Origin: Saccostrea cucullata
Lineage: Eukaryota
Length of the DNA: 64,000 nt
Direction: 5' to 3'
Assembly: GCF_032062105.1 (NCBI RefSeq)
Contig: NW_026927071.1
Coordinates: forward strand, 186,001-250,000
A model generated the notes under the pieces. The model had not been told where the DNA came from and searched no databases. It worked only from the letters and a program-made list of their open reading frames with translations. Positions 11,901-25,268 of the stretch are shown here, piece by piece. The position numbers and the translations under genes are program-made. Within the stretch, counting starts at the first letter, position 1. Every line of letters begins with the position of its first letter.

Positions 11901-14757
11901 ATATAAGTATAGAAAAAACATAGCATTCCACACCACAATTTGGAAGATATCTGTACCTGAGTAGATTATATTTTGACTGTGTGATAGTGTTTTAATTTGA
12001 ACCCCTATTTATACTTTAATTTGTATTCATTAATTTATAATACTTACATTCCATTTTGAGATTTCTACTTCCAGCGGGTTTCTCAGAGCACCAATAGTTG
12101 GCACATTCCTGAACTCGATATGCCTATTTTTTCCCAGTCGTCCAGTTTTTAAAGAATTCAAAACTTGCCCATTTCTTCCAACTCTGTAAATTTGCAAGAA
12201 TTAGAAAACTATCTGCTTACATAAAACAAACAAGTTACACTTTTGATATACATGTGTACATGTCTACCACTTTACAATAAAGGATTACTACATTTACCGT
12301 TTAATAAAATTAATGTATAAAATATTATAGTATATCATCTTTTTATAGATCTTTTTAAAAGCACACGTATACTTAACTTAACATTTAAGTATACTGATGA
12401 GAAAAATGTTATATTTTATTAAAGACAGGAATATCATAATCATCATCTTCTTCAAAACCCCTTAGAGTTCTGGTTACGACTTTCATCAATTACGTGTAAT
12501 ACCAAATTGAAGATTTAACAAAAATTAGCATTGTTTCAATCTGATATAATTTTTATTACTTCTTTTTTTTGGATACCGATTTACAGTAAGATAAACCTAA
12601 AAACCAAGGCTTTATAGCATCATGCTCAAACTTTTTTTCAGATGGTTGATAATCCTGCAGAATCACATTATTGATACATAACGATATTACAAAATCACTC
12701 ATTTTATTGGAATAAAAAGGAATATGGATATTTCCAATTTAGTACTCAAAATACATGTACTTCTTCGTAAGGTCATAATGAATCAGAAAAGTTTGTTTCC
12801 CCAATTAATCTTTCAATAAAATGAAATCCAACAATATTAGTCAAGTTAAGTTTTAAATGATGTTAAAAAAATTATTTGGTACAGTCACGATCTTTTCATA
12901 TCATAGCAATTATGAGTTTTGGAGAAAAGCTCAATATTGTATCTATTATGCCTATGTCACAGAGAAAAGACCAACATGTGAAACAAAATTGAAAATAAAA
13001 GCCAGAAAAAGCAATGCCCGACAAACTTTCACAATGAGCAAACCAGTCTGAAATTCCAGTACACTATAAGTGAAAGCACAATGATCCGATATAAATATTT
13101 ATTTATAAAGATATTTCATACCTGTATTAAACCAGTGCTTTTCTACGAATTAGAAACCTGTCCAGAGACTAACAACCTGGAGATTAATAGCAGAACTACA
13201 ACAAAAAATCCAGGTATTTACCGACAAATGTACTAAGTAATATCTGTAAAGTGACCCAGCCAATATGAATCAAAATCTTCAACAAGAAAGGAGCACGCCA
13301 GTGGATTGGGAATACAAGTAGAAAGCCCCAACAGAGCATAAGTAAAGAAGCATTGGACTGGAATCCAAAAATATCAAAGAAAAAAAAGATCGAGTCTTGT
13401 ACAGTTGGAGGAGTACAAGATTGAAAGAACTAGAAAACACTGGACAGACCTGGAATAAGGCAAAAAAGAACAGCCCAAAACAATAGAAAACAGTGGGCAG
13501 ATCTGGAATAAGGCAAAAAAGAACAGCCCAAAACAATAGAAAACACTGGACAGATCTGGAATAAGGCAAAAAAGAACAGCCCAAAACAATAGAAAACACT
13601 GGACAGATCTGGAATAAGGCAAAAAAGAACAGCCCAAAACAATAGAAAACACTGGACAGATCTGGAATAAGGCAAAAAAGAACAGCCCAAAACTGAGTTA
13701 AGCGGAGAGCGACTGACAGTAGTAGCCCTAGGCTCTATAATGAACGAGGAGGATAATCTAGTAGAAAACACTGGACAGATCTGGAATAAGGCAAAAACAA
13801 GCTGTGTCGATTAAGGCAAAAAAGGCCCACTTCAGATCTGGAATCCACCTTGTCCTGGGTGAGAGAGGCAAAAAAGGCCCAAAACGTGCTGGAGGTTTTT
13901 AATAAGGCAAAAAAGCAGCCAGGAAACTCTGGAATAAGGCAAAAAAGAACAGCCCAAAACAATAGAAAACATGGAGCACAGCTGCCATGTTTGCGTTCCT
14001 AGCCTCGCTTTGGATTCAAAATGGCCGCGGTGAGAATAACAAGTATTACAATCATCGTTCGCTTAACGGTTGTTTGATTTTCGCCTTCGGTAGACATTGA
14101 GCAAAACCGAATTCCTAAACGTCGATCGACCGACGACCGCTAAAATTGTTTGCCGAAGGTGGGATGATGATCAAAGGTTGATCGATGTACTGTCCAACGT
14201 CTGCTTCATTTGGAGGAATTGATCACCGAATTGATCCGACTGACATGAAATTACACAGCCGACGAAAAAAAGAGGTAAAATGAACTGCAGACTGTGGCCC
14301 AAGAAATCCTATAAACTAGTATTTGCTTAAAAACCGTCTGCCGTAGATCGTTTTCGCGAAAAGTATTTTAGAAAACTGACCTGAGGTTGACTTCTATGGA
14401 AGGATTACAAGGTTCCACACATCTCTGGGTACTGGCTAATGTGTTTGTTCCACAACAGTGGTGTAGGGTATCGTTGTCTTGGTCCAGATATTGGTTTGCG
14501 TTGTTTGAGTAAGTTAGTAGATTAAGAGTGACCACTACGTTACCCTGTACCTAGAATATTATTATAAAGACTGTCAGAGGAAGAAACAAAACCATATTAA
14601 TCTCTTTGGGTTTGTCTTTTTTTTTTGCTTCTGTTTTTCCTTACCAGTAGTAAAAGACTTGAAGAATTTTCCAATATCCACCATAAATACTTACAATTAA
14701 GTTTTCCACCACTAAGAGTATACCAACATATAAAAATTGTCTCGTGAATCCAGCCAT
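5919..14757 (-). CDS. Delta/Serrate-like type I membrane protein (~1051 aa): signal peptide, MNNL/C2-like domain, 3 DSL-like modules, 15 EGF repeats, juxtamembrane domain, TM helix, short tail
   Basis: Exons 14757-14695, 14550-14381, 12183-12048, 11450-11317, 10698-10394, 10206-8416, 7667-7517, 7315-7153, 6602-6511, 6069-5919. All phases are compatible if one GC donor is used. TM segment IPILAGAGGGFLVLVIIIIIVV; tail ends …ENPMY…DDTHV*. Confidence 0.85.
13430..13970. repeat. 53-bp minisatellite (about 5 clean copies plus degenerate ones) in intron 2 of the Delta-like gene
   Basis: Unit aaaacactggacagatctggaataaggcaaaaaagaacagcccaaaacaatag with 53-bp period (e.g. 13540 to 13593). Interrupted at ~13693-13760. 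Confidence 0.9.
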
Positions 14758-16477
14758 GATAAACGTATGTCAATTAACAATCATAACGAAATATGTTTGA
14801 GTATATTTTGATTTCATTGATAGAACAATAGATATTCGCATGCTTCTGATTTAATTGTTATCCACTTTCATCTCGATAACAAAACAATGGGCGACGGTTA
14901 ACCTTTGTGATGATAATGTATTAACAATAACTTCATACGATAAAGGGTGATAGGTGTTAACTGGTAAACAAACATTATATAATTACTATTTTTAAACATA
15001 CTCAGCAAGAAAATAATGGGTAAATTTCTGAACCAATATAAGAATTTAATACAGTCATTCTTTTGAAATATATTCGAAAATTCTAAAGTTTTGATGTTAA
15101 CCCTACATCTAAATTAATAATTTTATTCCTTACACAATTATTTTGATTCTTTTGATATAATTTAAGCCGCCAAAATAATATGTCTAACATATTGACGGTC
15201 CTCGCGGCGTTAAGCAATTAATATATTCGCAATGGTATATACGGATTCGATGCTTTTCACTACATATCAAGGCCGCAGAACAGTTTTGTGAGTGATTCTA
15301 AAATATCAATATGAAAAGAAAACAAAAACTCTTGGTATTTCATCAATGTTCGATATATAAAATTTCTAAAAGACTTATTCGGCCAAACACAAGGCAGATT
15401 GTCAGACATTGATAAAATTTGAATTTTAAACTTCCTATTGTCTTACAACAATACAACTACGTGTATAAACGAGGGGCGTTCAATAAATAATGTCACTGGA
15501 GCTCGGAGAGAAACAAAAAACAAAAACCAAAAAAAAAACACAACGCTTTTCTATGATTAAGTCTGAATGATTTAACTAAAATATTCTCTTTTAATTAAAA
15601 CACATGTTTGTAACATTTTTATTCAATTTCTAATTGTTTTTAGAACACATTTTTGAGTATGACCCTTCGTATAATGGAATATGGCAGATCCTATGATTTG
15701 CTGTACTTGTTTTTTTTTCTTTCTGATTGATGTTTATCTAAGTTTGGGAAATAAAACAAGTCAAAGGTTGAAAGATCTGGCAAATTTTGTTGCCATGACA
15801 AAACATTAACTTTCTGTTTATCCCCAAAACTCCTTTACTCTTTATGGCCTGTGGGTTTGGACGCTGTCATGAAGAAATTTAATGTAGTGAATGCCTCATT
15901 CTGTTTCCTTCCTCTCATAAACCTTTCAATTTTTTGCAACAAAATTGTTTTCTAGACTCCTCCAGAAAATGGACTTCCTTCCCGAATATGAATTTGATCA
16001 ATAAGACCGCTGATATATAATGAAATAGCATATAAAACTGTTTTTGTGCTCTTGCAATTCTTTGTTTTTTTTTTTAGGCCTTTGCAGTTTTGTCAAGTGC
16101 ATCTTATTGTAAATTTGTTTTGAGGATTTAAAGCAAATTGGATTCAAGCTTCATTATCTGTTTGAATTTCAGACAAACGTGTATAAGTACAATTTTTGAT
16201 TTTTTAAAAAAAATAATTGTTTAGATATTCCTACACGCTGTCGTTTTCACTCATTTTTCGAAATATAGGGTGAGCTTTGAGTATTAAACCTTTTTACTAT
16301 CAAATGTTTCTTTAAAACAGTGTGAACTACCCCGAAAATGATTTCTATCAATTTTACTAAGTGTCTGTCAATAAAACATAATCAGTGATATTTTGTTGAA
16401 TTTTCGCAAATAAACATTGATTGTTATAAGTCCTTGTTGCCAAGGACTATAACCATTTTTGATATCCATTATATAAT

Positions 16478-17624
16478 TTTTGTCCCCCGCTTGAAAAGTG
16501 GGGGATTTTAATTTGGGTTTGTCCGTCCGTCTGTCCGTCCGTCCGTCCGTCCGTCCGTCCGTCTTTCTGTCTGTCTGTAACGCTTTCGTTTCCACACGAT
16601 ATCTGAACCCTTTGAGCTTTTGCAATGAAATTTAGCATAGCAACTCCCTGTGGACTGAAGAAGACCCCTATTGATTTTGAGGTCAAAAGGTCAAAGGTCA
16701 AGGTCATAAATAAGCAAATTCTGTCTGTTAAAACACTTTCGTTTCCACACGATATCTCTAGAACCATTTGAGCTATTGCAATGAAATTTTATATAACAAG
16801 TCCCTGTGGCCTAAGGAAGACCCCTATTGATTTTGAGGTCAAAAGGTCAAAGTTCAAGGTCGTAAATTTATACATTCTGTCTGTGTGAAATACTATTATT
16901 TCCAGGCGATATTTCAAGAAGATTTTGAGCTTATGCAATGTAATTTTATATCAAAACTCCATAGGACGTCTCTCGCCCCTCTCAAAGTGCCCCGCCCCGT
17001 TTGTTTTATTAGTATTTATAGTATTACATGTCGCTATTTTTAGCGCAGGGGCATGAGGAGAGTTATTGCGTATAAAACAGGTTCTCGGCGGACTTTATGT
17101 TCTTATTACATCTATTAGAACTGTTTAATAAAGGCTAAATAAATCAAACACCATGGATTGTGTAAAATTTTGAGAATACCGAACATGAATATATACATGT
17201 ATGTGACTTCACTTCTGCATATACTTCACACCACATAAAGCGATTGCGTGGTGTAGTGGTTATGTCTCTCGCCTCAAGTGTGAAAGATCCCGGGATCGAA
17301 TCTCGGTCGAACCTTCCTTTTTTTTTTTTTTTTTTTTAAATACTTTTTTTTTTTTTTTTTTTACTAAATGATAGTATTCAGCATGTGAAATGAAAAATTT
17401 ATGAGGTTTTAAAATCATCATTACAGTGTGATAAAAATTCCATATAAAAAATCTTCTATACACATAATGAAGAATAAGCAATCAAATCTTTATATGCATA
17501 TTGACATACATGCATTTTATTTGCTTCAGTATACATGTATACATTTAATAATTCTACAAATTCAGTCAGGGGGAGCCGACTTTTTCCCTAAGCGGGGGAC
17601 ACGAATTCTCTGAATTAGCTTGTT
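16478..17624 (+). mobile_element. Non-autonomous Helentron-associated element (HINE, CvA/pearl-like) nested in the mariner
   Basis: Sub-terminal inverted repeats gtcccccgctt and aagcgggggac, a (GTCC)n microsatellite at 16520-16577, a ~150-bp tandem core containing 'ggtcaaaaggtcaaaggtcaaggtc', a 3' hairpin, and a T-rich insertion site. Confidence 0.8.
17242..17313 (+). pseudogene. tRNA-derived (Val-like body) pseudogene or SINE head, followed by an oligo-T run
   Basis: gtggtgtagtggttat (A box) … cgggatcgaatctcgg (B-box-like). It aligns with canonical eukaryotic tRNA-Val, but the acceptor and anticodon stems are mispaired. Confidence 0.65.
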
Positions 17625-18134
17625 GTTTATTGAAATCCACCTGTTCACTTTTCTATAAAACAGACATTGGTTGCTTAAATTTCACATATTTCAGTTAATA
17701 AATTTTTGGGATATTAACAAGTTTTACAGCTGCTTTAATGAAGCGTTTAATTTTACTCTAGTTTAATGATTCTTGACCATTCATTTTTAATGCAGTGTCT
17801 CGAATAGCCCTTGTTTTCCAGCTTCCCACAATGAAATAAGGCAATGAAAAGTGGTCACATAAACTGTTATCATTTCATTAAAGATTCAATAATGAGAGAA
17901 AGCCAAGCTTAATGTCATATGATTTCTATGCTGTATGTCATCGAGCTAGTGACATTACTTATTGAACGTCCCTCGTACGCATAGAAGACGGTAAACCAAA
18001 AAAAAAATGGCAACAACGCTAACTTCTCTCTACAACTCAAAACAGAGCGCGCAGCGTATAAATTAAAATTTGGCGCGAAGAAATCATCGAATAATGTGTA
18101 GAGACCCAATGCAATGAGATAACAATCAGGAAAT

Positions 18135-21100
18135 ATGGGGGTTTATAAACTTCTGGTGAAAGGCGCCAAGCAAATCGTGACCATACGAAATGACAGCGGT
18201 GTACGGGTACTTCGAGGAAAGGAGATGGGTCATGTTGACGTCATAGAGGCAAAAGATGGAGACGGAGCTTGTATTCTTGTAAACAGGTGAGAATTGTACA
18301 ATTATTTATACAGGTAACACATTGTCTACAGAGTTATCACCACGTAACGCAAATACACAAGCTTATCAATGCAGCTATATATAGGTCAATTGATAATGAT
18401 TTACTTATACAATAATGGAAAAGTATGGCACACGGTGGCACAACCCGTCGTAAAAACATGCTTTTACTTTCAATAAAGTAGCAATCATAATGCATAAATG
18501 ATATATCAACATTTATATATGTATTGAAAAAAAAAATACATAATTCAATATATCTATGAATCACTGACTTTTATTTTCCTTTAGTGACGGTAGAATAGAG
18601 TTTATTGGTTTGGACTCGGAACGTATATCAAGATATCCAACCAGTGATGAAGAAGTGAATCACGTGATTGAAGCTGACGGGAAATGCATAATTCCTGGTC
18701 TTGTAGACGCCCACACACATCCGGTGTGGGTTGGAGATCGAGTCCATGAGTTTGCTATGAAGGTTTTTTTAACATCCCATATCGCAATACATGAATAAAT
18801 CAGTAAAAAAGTGGAAAATATGCTGCATGCTAAAAATTATACCGGTCCAGCACTTTATGTAGATATAAAACATAAATTCAAAATGAATGTAGAATAAACA
18901 ACACAGACACAAATCCACACTAAATTTATATAAGTTATCAAAGTAAGGTACTTTTGCAATCATTGCAAATACCTTTCTTTAACATTTCAGACAAATGCTT
19001 ATTTTACAGTATATTTGTACTTTTGTAGCTAGCTGGTGCTTCGTACATGGAGGTCCATGAAGCCGGTGGAGGCATTCATTTTACCGTAGAAAGGACAAGA
19101 AAGGCGTCCCAAGACGAGTTATATGTTAGCTTTAGCAAACGCCTTTATGATATGTTATCTACCGGAACCACGTGTGTTGAGTGTAAGAGTGGATACGGAC
19201 TAGACACAGAAAATGAGATAAAAATGCTGAAAGTAATTGAAACTGCCAAACGAGAACACCCATTGACGATATCATCTACCTTCTGTGGTGCTCATGCTAT
19301 TCCAAAGTATGACTGTAACTCTATTTCTTTTATAAGGGGAACCATTAAAACACTTCTGAAAAGATATTTGAAAATGTTTTCTAATACTCTTAATATTATG
19401 ACTTAAAAGAGTCTTTTAATTTAGAGGATCGACAGCAGAAAAGGCAACAGATGACGTCATAAATAAACAACTTCCTGCCATTATCAATCTCATGAAGGAT
19501 GGAAAAATTCATGTAGATAATATAGACGTCTTTTGTGAGAAGGGAGTGTTCGATTTAGAACAATCGCAGGCTATATTGAAGGCCGGAAAAGAGGCGGGTT
19601 TGAACATAAATTTTCATGGTGATGAGTTACATCCACTCGGTGGTGCTGAGGTAATGATTCGGCTTTAAATAACATAACTGGAGATCAGAATACCACAGTA
19701 ATCTTCTTAAGTCCGTATTAAATTGTTACTTTGTATCTATCTTTCTCATTACATGACCATCGCATTATTTACAATCTGATCACTACAATTACGTGATTGT
19801 AGAATAGGATGATGATCAATATATAGAAAAAAACTATTCTTCTTTATAAGTATGCAATACTTCACCCAGATTTAACCGAGATCATGTTTGAAGAATGCAT
19901 GACCTTTTAGATGGGATCAGAACTAGGTGCCCTTGCAATCAGTCATTTGGAGGAGATATCGGACAAGGGGATCGCCGCCATGGCCAGCTCTGGGTCAGTA
20001 GGCGTGGTCCTGCCCACGACAGCCTACATCCTGAGACTGAAACCTCCACCCGTCAGAAAAATGATCCAGGCTGGAATGGCGGTAGCGCTAGGCTCAGATT
20101 TCAATCCAAATGCTTTCTGTATGGCAATGGTAAACTTCTTTTAAACTTTACTGATGATGCTTGAATTCAAACTCTACCAATAGTGGAGGGGTTAGTTGGC
20201 AGAATTACTAGTATACTGGAATGTTAAATTCTAGTATCTAAAAGGTGCATATGTTACTAGTAATTTGACCAAATAAGTTACATCAAGATTAAAAACTTCA
20301 TAAGAATTGATGTCTTAAATTGCATGCATCTTACATTAACATCTTTTGAGCAATCAATATTTTGATAACTTCCGAATGCAGACACTCCTAAGTCATACAT
20401 TGCTGAAAACGTGACAATTCCTATAATTACAGAATGGATAACTAGCTTTCCTTCAGAACTTGGCGGATTAATAAGTCTTTTGCGTTCATTATCTTCTTCA
20501 GCCGACAGTAATGCATCTTGCTTGCGTGATACTGCGGATGACAATGTCAGAAGCTCTAATTGCCGCCACCCTTAATTCAGCATCCGCCCTTGGTTTATCT
20601 AAAGGTTATGGATCACTGTCACCCGGCAAATACGCTGATATGCTGATTATTGACGCACAAAGGTAAGGAATTTATATTCAGTAATCAATGAGCTCTCAAA
20701 TAAAAATTACAGATTAAGCAACCTAACTATAGTCAGAATCTGGGTTAATATATTTTTGTAAATTTAAAATGATTATAACAAGCAGCATATAAATACCTCA
20801 AAAAGTAAACATTAGTGTACTTATATGAAATATGAAGATAAAAACAATTATTAGATCAAGAATATAGTGAAAAAATGCGAAGTGTAAGAAAAACAAACAC
20901 TGACATCTGATAACAGGATCACGTGCTGTAGAGGTCTGAGCATCCCATACCTGGTGCACATTGTCATGGTGAGGCAAGAGGAAAAAAAACATGAAAATAG
21001 TGACCAAGAATTTTTAAAAGACGTCAGTCAGTACTCAACATAACGTTTGATTGTGTTTACAAGACAAAGGCCATACTGTATTGACCCATTCGGATTAAAA

Positions 21101-24100
21101 TCAAACCCTCACTGACTGTTTTTTTTTATTCAATAGTACAATATTATCAAAATAGACAGGAGTTTAATCAGACTGGTAACGACGAAAGACTGCGAAATGT
21201 CAAATGAAAAAGAAATACTATCTATAGCCTAAAACTCGACAATTAGATAGTAGGGCTGTATCAATATATCGATATATCGATACGTATCGATATTCAAGAA
21301 AAATATCGTATCGAAAAATAACTTCCAATACATATTGGACAAGCAGTTTTTCCTCTAATTCTGTTAAAAAGATGGGAATTTCAATCACCAAAGATGATAT
21401 TTCACTTTTTTGAAATAAAACTGTTCAATAATTTTTAATTATATAATTTGTAAGGAAATAACATAGTTTTTATAATTGTTACAAAATACAAAGAGAATTG
21501 AATTTGAATATGTTGATTTTACTATCATTAAAAGTTTTCATTTGAAGTGTTATTTGTAATGTCAATGAGACAAGAACTATAAAATGGGTAATAAAACACT
21601 TAATTGTTATGAAAATTATGCATTAAAATGATTTATAAGCCTTTTCTGATGGACTTGTTTTAGAATCCAATATATCGCATATCGCTTTAAAAAATATTGT
21701 ATCGTATCGTATCTAAATTTTTGGCTCAATACACAGCCCTATTAGATAGTGGCGTAGCGCCCATTACGCAAAAACGCAAATGAATACACAGATTTTTCAC
21801 CGAAAAATAAAAATAAAGAAAAAATTGTCGTAAGTTCAATGAAAGATTAAAATAAAATAAGTTATATTAAAAGATATTTTTAATCCAATATTACTAGTAC
21901 CTGCTAAACAGATTAAAAGAATATATTCAGCTTCTATCTAAGATCTTTGATACAGAGTATACATGTACATAGTTTATTTTTTTTTAGAATTTCGAGGACG
22001 AATTTCTTAATTGTGTCAATTCAAGCAAAAGCAAATAATAATCCAAACTAAATGTATTTTATTTACTAATTCCCCTAATGATCTCTTTAAACCAAAGGTT
22101 ACCTGCGTTGTATATGTACTTTACATGTTATATCAAAATAATTAATTTGTACCATGTAACATATTGAGAATATTCAAGTACCTGTATATATATAATTCAT
22201 TTCGCGCTTATCATTAAAAAAAAACAGGGTTAATTGAGAAATAAATTTTATAGCAATTACTACAACATTGAATTTTTTGTCAAAAATTTTTCCAAGGTTT
22301 CCCTGAAGTCCATAATAAATTCTCTTTCGTCAGTAAATTTCAATATAGTTTTTTGTAATATAATTAAAAAGTTGCTACAAATAAGGAGAAAAAAGTTCGA
22401 AAAATTAGCCAACTTTACGAAAAAGCGAAATGTTCTTGTGAAAAATTATTGTAAAAATATGAGTTATAGCATCTTCACAAAGTCAAGGTTTTGTGAGTTC
22501 GAAGCCCCACACATATTACAAGATTTTCACTGTTGAAATTTTATTGACTTATTTCATGAAAACAAGAAATGCTTTTAGAAAAAGGAAATTTGGGGAGTTG
22601 TAAGTATTGTCAAAACTTGGCAATTTTTTGTTAATATTTAGTATATTAGAACTACGATAATTGTAAAAATTGAACTATTTTAAGGTAGTTTTCTAATGTA
22701 TAAAACCCTTAAAATGCGGAACTTCCGGGGGCTTCGCCCCCTTGGCCCCCACCAGGGCCCTGCCATGGACCCGCTGGGGGCCTAAAGGCGGCCCCCAGAC
22801 CCCTTGCCTTTCTGAATACGGTTAATAATTCGCTAGCTACGCCACTGGATACTAGTATGTTGATGACATTAATCAATTAATGTTAAATATTACCATTCAT
22901 GTGTTGACTCCATGTATCCAAATGAACTCGTAAAAAGAGATATTTTATATAAGGTATTTTATATTTGATATTTTACCCACTGAGGACAAGAAGGGTCAAT
23001 AAAAAGATTAGACGACCCATCGTAAATTTTCCTTTTTATTCAGTGATATTCCAACAATACCAACATGTATACATATATTATGATGTTTTCCAACTGATTC
23101 TGTACTCAGGAGCGTGAAACATATGGAGATAACAAAAAGAATTCAAGATAAAAAGTCCATAAAACAATACAAAATAGGAGTGGAGCAAACACGGACCTCC
23201 CAAACATCAGATGTGGGTCAGGTGCCATGGAGCAGTAAGCATCCCCTGCCGACCGGTCATACCTGCCGTGTGCTCCTTGTCATGATCAAGAAATAAGGGA
23301 AAAATCCGTCGTAAATTCAGTGTAAAAATAATAGACTAACAATTGGTACGAAAAAATCCAGTCAGACTTTGACTCAATGATAAATCGTATTTGTTGACAA
23401 GCATGGAATTTTATACAGATGCAGGCTACGGACAGATAATTGATATTACAGGGATTTCAAGAACTTTTATAAGTCAGCATTTCTGGAAGCAATATGAGCT
23501 GTATCTTTGAAAATTTTATTTTGCTGGTAAAATGTGCTATTCTGATTAATTTGTATGTAATTTAAACCCTTATGACCAATAAGCCCAAAATAAAGTTTAA
23601 AAAATTTTCAGAAGAAATATTTCTTTACAAGCGAATATACATTTTTATATAAGAAATCATTATTGTACAGGACGACAATAATTCAATTTTGCTTCAATCA
23701 ATGCTAATAAAAAGTTTTTCATCGCAAATATGAACAACAGAAGTTTATAAATAGTTTATTTCTCTGTCATTAAATTAGTTAATCACAAATTTGCAATAAA
23801 ATTTTCCGATGTCAAACATGCAACTCATATTGCTTGAAATTCTATGATCGACATAATGACCTTGTTAGGAAGCACTATTTATCATCGGGACGTATTTTAC
23901 CGATATATGTAATTCATACAAACTGTATGACCTTGGTTTTTATATTGGATTAATTTATTGAGTTTTCCATCTACCTGATCAATGTGTACATATATATGGC
24001 TCATGACAGATGTGGTCAGTAGATAGGGGATGCACGTATACTCCTCCCGATCCCATCTCTGAATTACCAGGGGTTCCGTTAATGTCCTCTTCACTATTTT

Positions 24101-24291
24101 CTAATTGTTATCTTAATTATTTTTATCCATCACTTTACTCTATCTTAAATTCTTAATCCTTTTCAATTTGGACGAGATTTTTTTTCAGGTGGGAGCATTT
24201 AATCTACCAGTTTGGAAACCACGATAAAATCATAGAATACGTCATCAAGGAGGGGGACATCGTTCACACAAAGTACGAATGTTGTGGATAG
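18135..24291 (+). CDS. AMDHD1: Probable imidazolonepropionase (amidohydrolase domain-containing 1; histidine catabolism)
   Basis: Exons 18135-18286, 18585-18762, 19029-19306, 19425-19650, 19911-20129, 20502-20662, 24189-24291. Motifs PGLVDAHTHPVW, ECKSGYGL, FHGDEL, SHLEE, GSDFNP, RWEHLIYQFG. Confidence 0.95.
21251..21741. mobile_element. hAT-type MITE with a perfect 8-bp TSD
   Basis: Termini tagggctgt…acagcccta; TSD ttagatag at 21243-21250 and 21742-21749. Confidence 0.85.
21747..22847. mobile_element. hAT-like MITE (agtggcgtagc…gctacgccact termini)
   Basis: 11-bp TIRs and a GC-rich 'gggggcttcgccccc…ggcccccagaccc' subterminal block. No TSD recognised. Confidence 0.6.
23150..23400 (-). repeat. 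Interspersed repeat, probably the 3' part of a Penelope-like retroelement; other copies at ~2370, 24000, 52960, 55330-55910, 60010-60330, 61120
   Basis: Shared core 'tgaccggtcggcaggggatgct(t/c)act…catggcacctgatcccacctct' in all copies. An RT-like remnant (YDRDDLNFSMVNFP) lies at ~60760-60805. Confidence 0.6.
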
Positions 24292-25268
24292 AGAAGTGCA
24301 CGATTCATGAATAATATCCACCATCTCTGTTTACTGACAAGTTTATAATTAAGTTTTTGAATGTATATAATAACTATCATATTTTCAATGCAGGTAATAA
24401 AAAGCATAGGAAAAATCGATGTTTTTATTTTTTTCTCTCTCCTTTTTTATCATTAAAATTGCATCATCTTGCAGGTTTAATATATTTGAATTTCAATATC
24501 CCTACCTATTCGTAAGAACCTGCGGTCATTTCACCGTGTTGCTTTACATTATAAAATTTTGCCTAATCCACTCAATTTCTTACTAAGCAGGTAAAATAAC
24601 CTGTCATATAAATATTCATTTTTTTTTACACTAGTATCAGATGCAGTGTATGTGTAAAAATCTCAGATAGGCAAGCTTGTGCTCACTGTTTTTCGAAGAG
24701 AAAAGTATCTCAAATATGATGAAATTCCACCAAAATTGAGGAAATTCTGGAAAATGTTTTTCTATTGCATCCTCTAGTGACTTCCATGTCAGCTTTGAAT
24801 CTAAATTAGTGCTGGTTTTAAAGTAAGCATCATTTTAACTTCTTAACTACAAACTATCACAATTTTACCAGTGTTCTGATTTTTACATTAAATAGGGGGC
24901 CAGATTCGGCCATTACCCTATCTTGTCCTTTGTAATTTAGCCTGCTACTGATCATTGGTATAACTATATGATAATCCAGTTTAGTGCTTATTTTATTGTC
25001 CATGACCTGTTAAATTTAAATAAATATAGGGACATAGCAACTGAAAGAAGCAGCCCAATCTCAAATAATTCCATAAATAAAACTCCATTTCCTTTGTTAA
25101 TATCACTTTATTGTTACATTGTATAGATAGTCAGTGTTTCTGGTTGATTCAAAAGCATGTTTAGTGATTCCATTCCCTGACATTTGTTCACGATCTCACG
25201 AAATGCTTCTCGCCAAGACAGTATGAAGAAAAATATCATCAAATCTGCTTGACCTAGATAAGTTATTT

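Larger units (their letters stand above)
15470..17975 (-). mobile_element. Decayed mariner transposon
   Basis: TIRs cgaggggcgttcaataaataatgtcact and agtgacattacttattgaacgtccctcg followed by TA. Minus-strand relics 'LHDSVQTH' and 'NLPDLSTFDLFYFPNL' (~15740-15880) resemble mariner HDNA and YSPDLAPxD motifs. Confidence 0.8.

Noticed and set aside
13279-13962. Repetitive hydrophobic ORFs (also those at 28889-29974)
   Set aside because: They are translations of minisatellites whose unit lengths are not multiples of 3.
17242-17313. Functional tRNA-Leu(CAA) or tRNA-Val gene
   Set aside because: The acceptor and anticodon stems are mispaired, the T-loop reads GATCG rather than GTTCG, there is no long variable arm, and it lies inside a transposon.
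18135-24291. Horizontally acquired bacterial hutI
   Set aside because: It has six spliceosomal introns and an animal AMDHD1-type sequence (e.g. RWEHLIYQFG).
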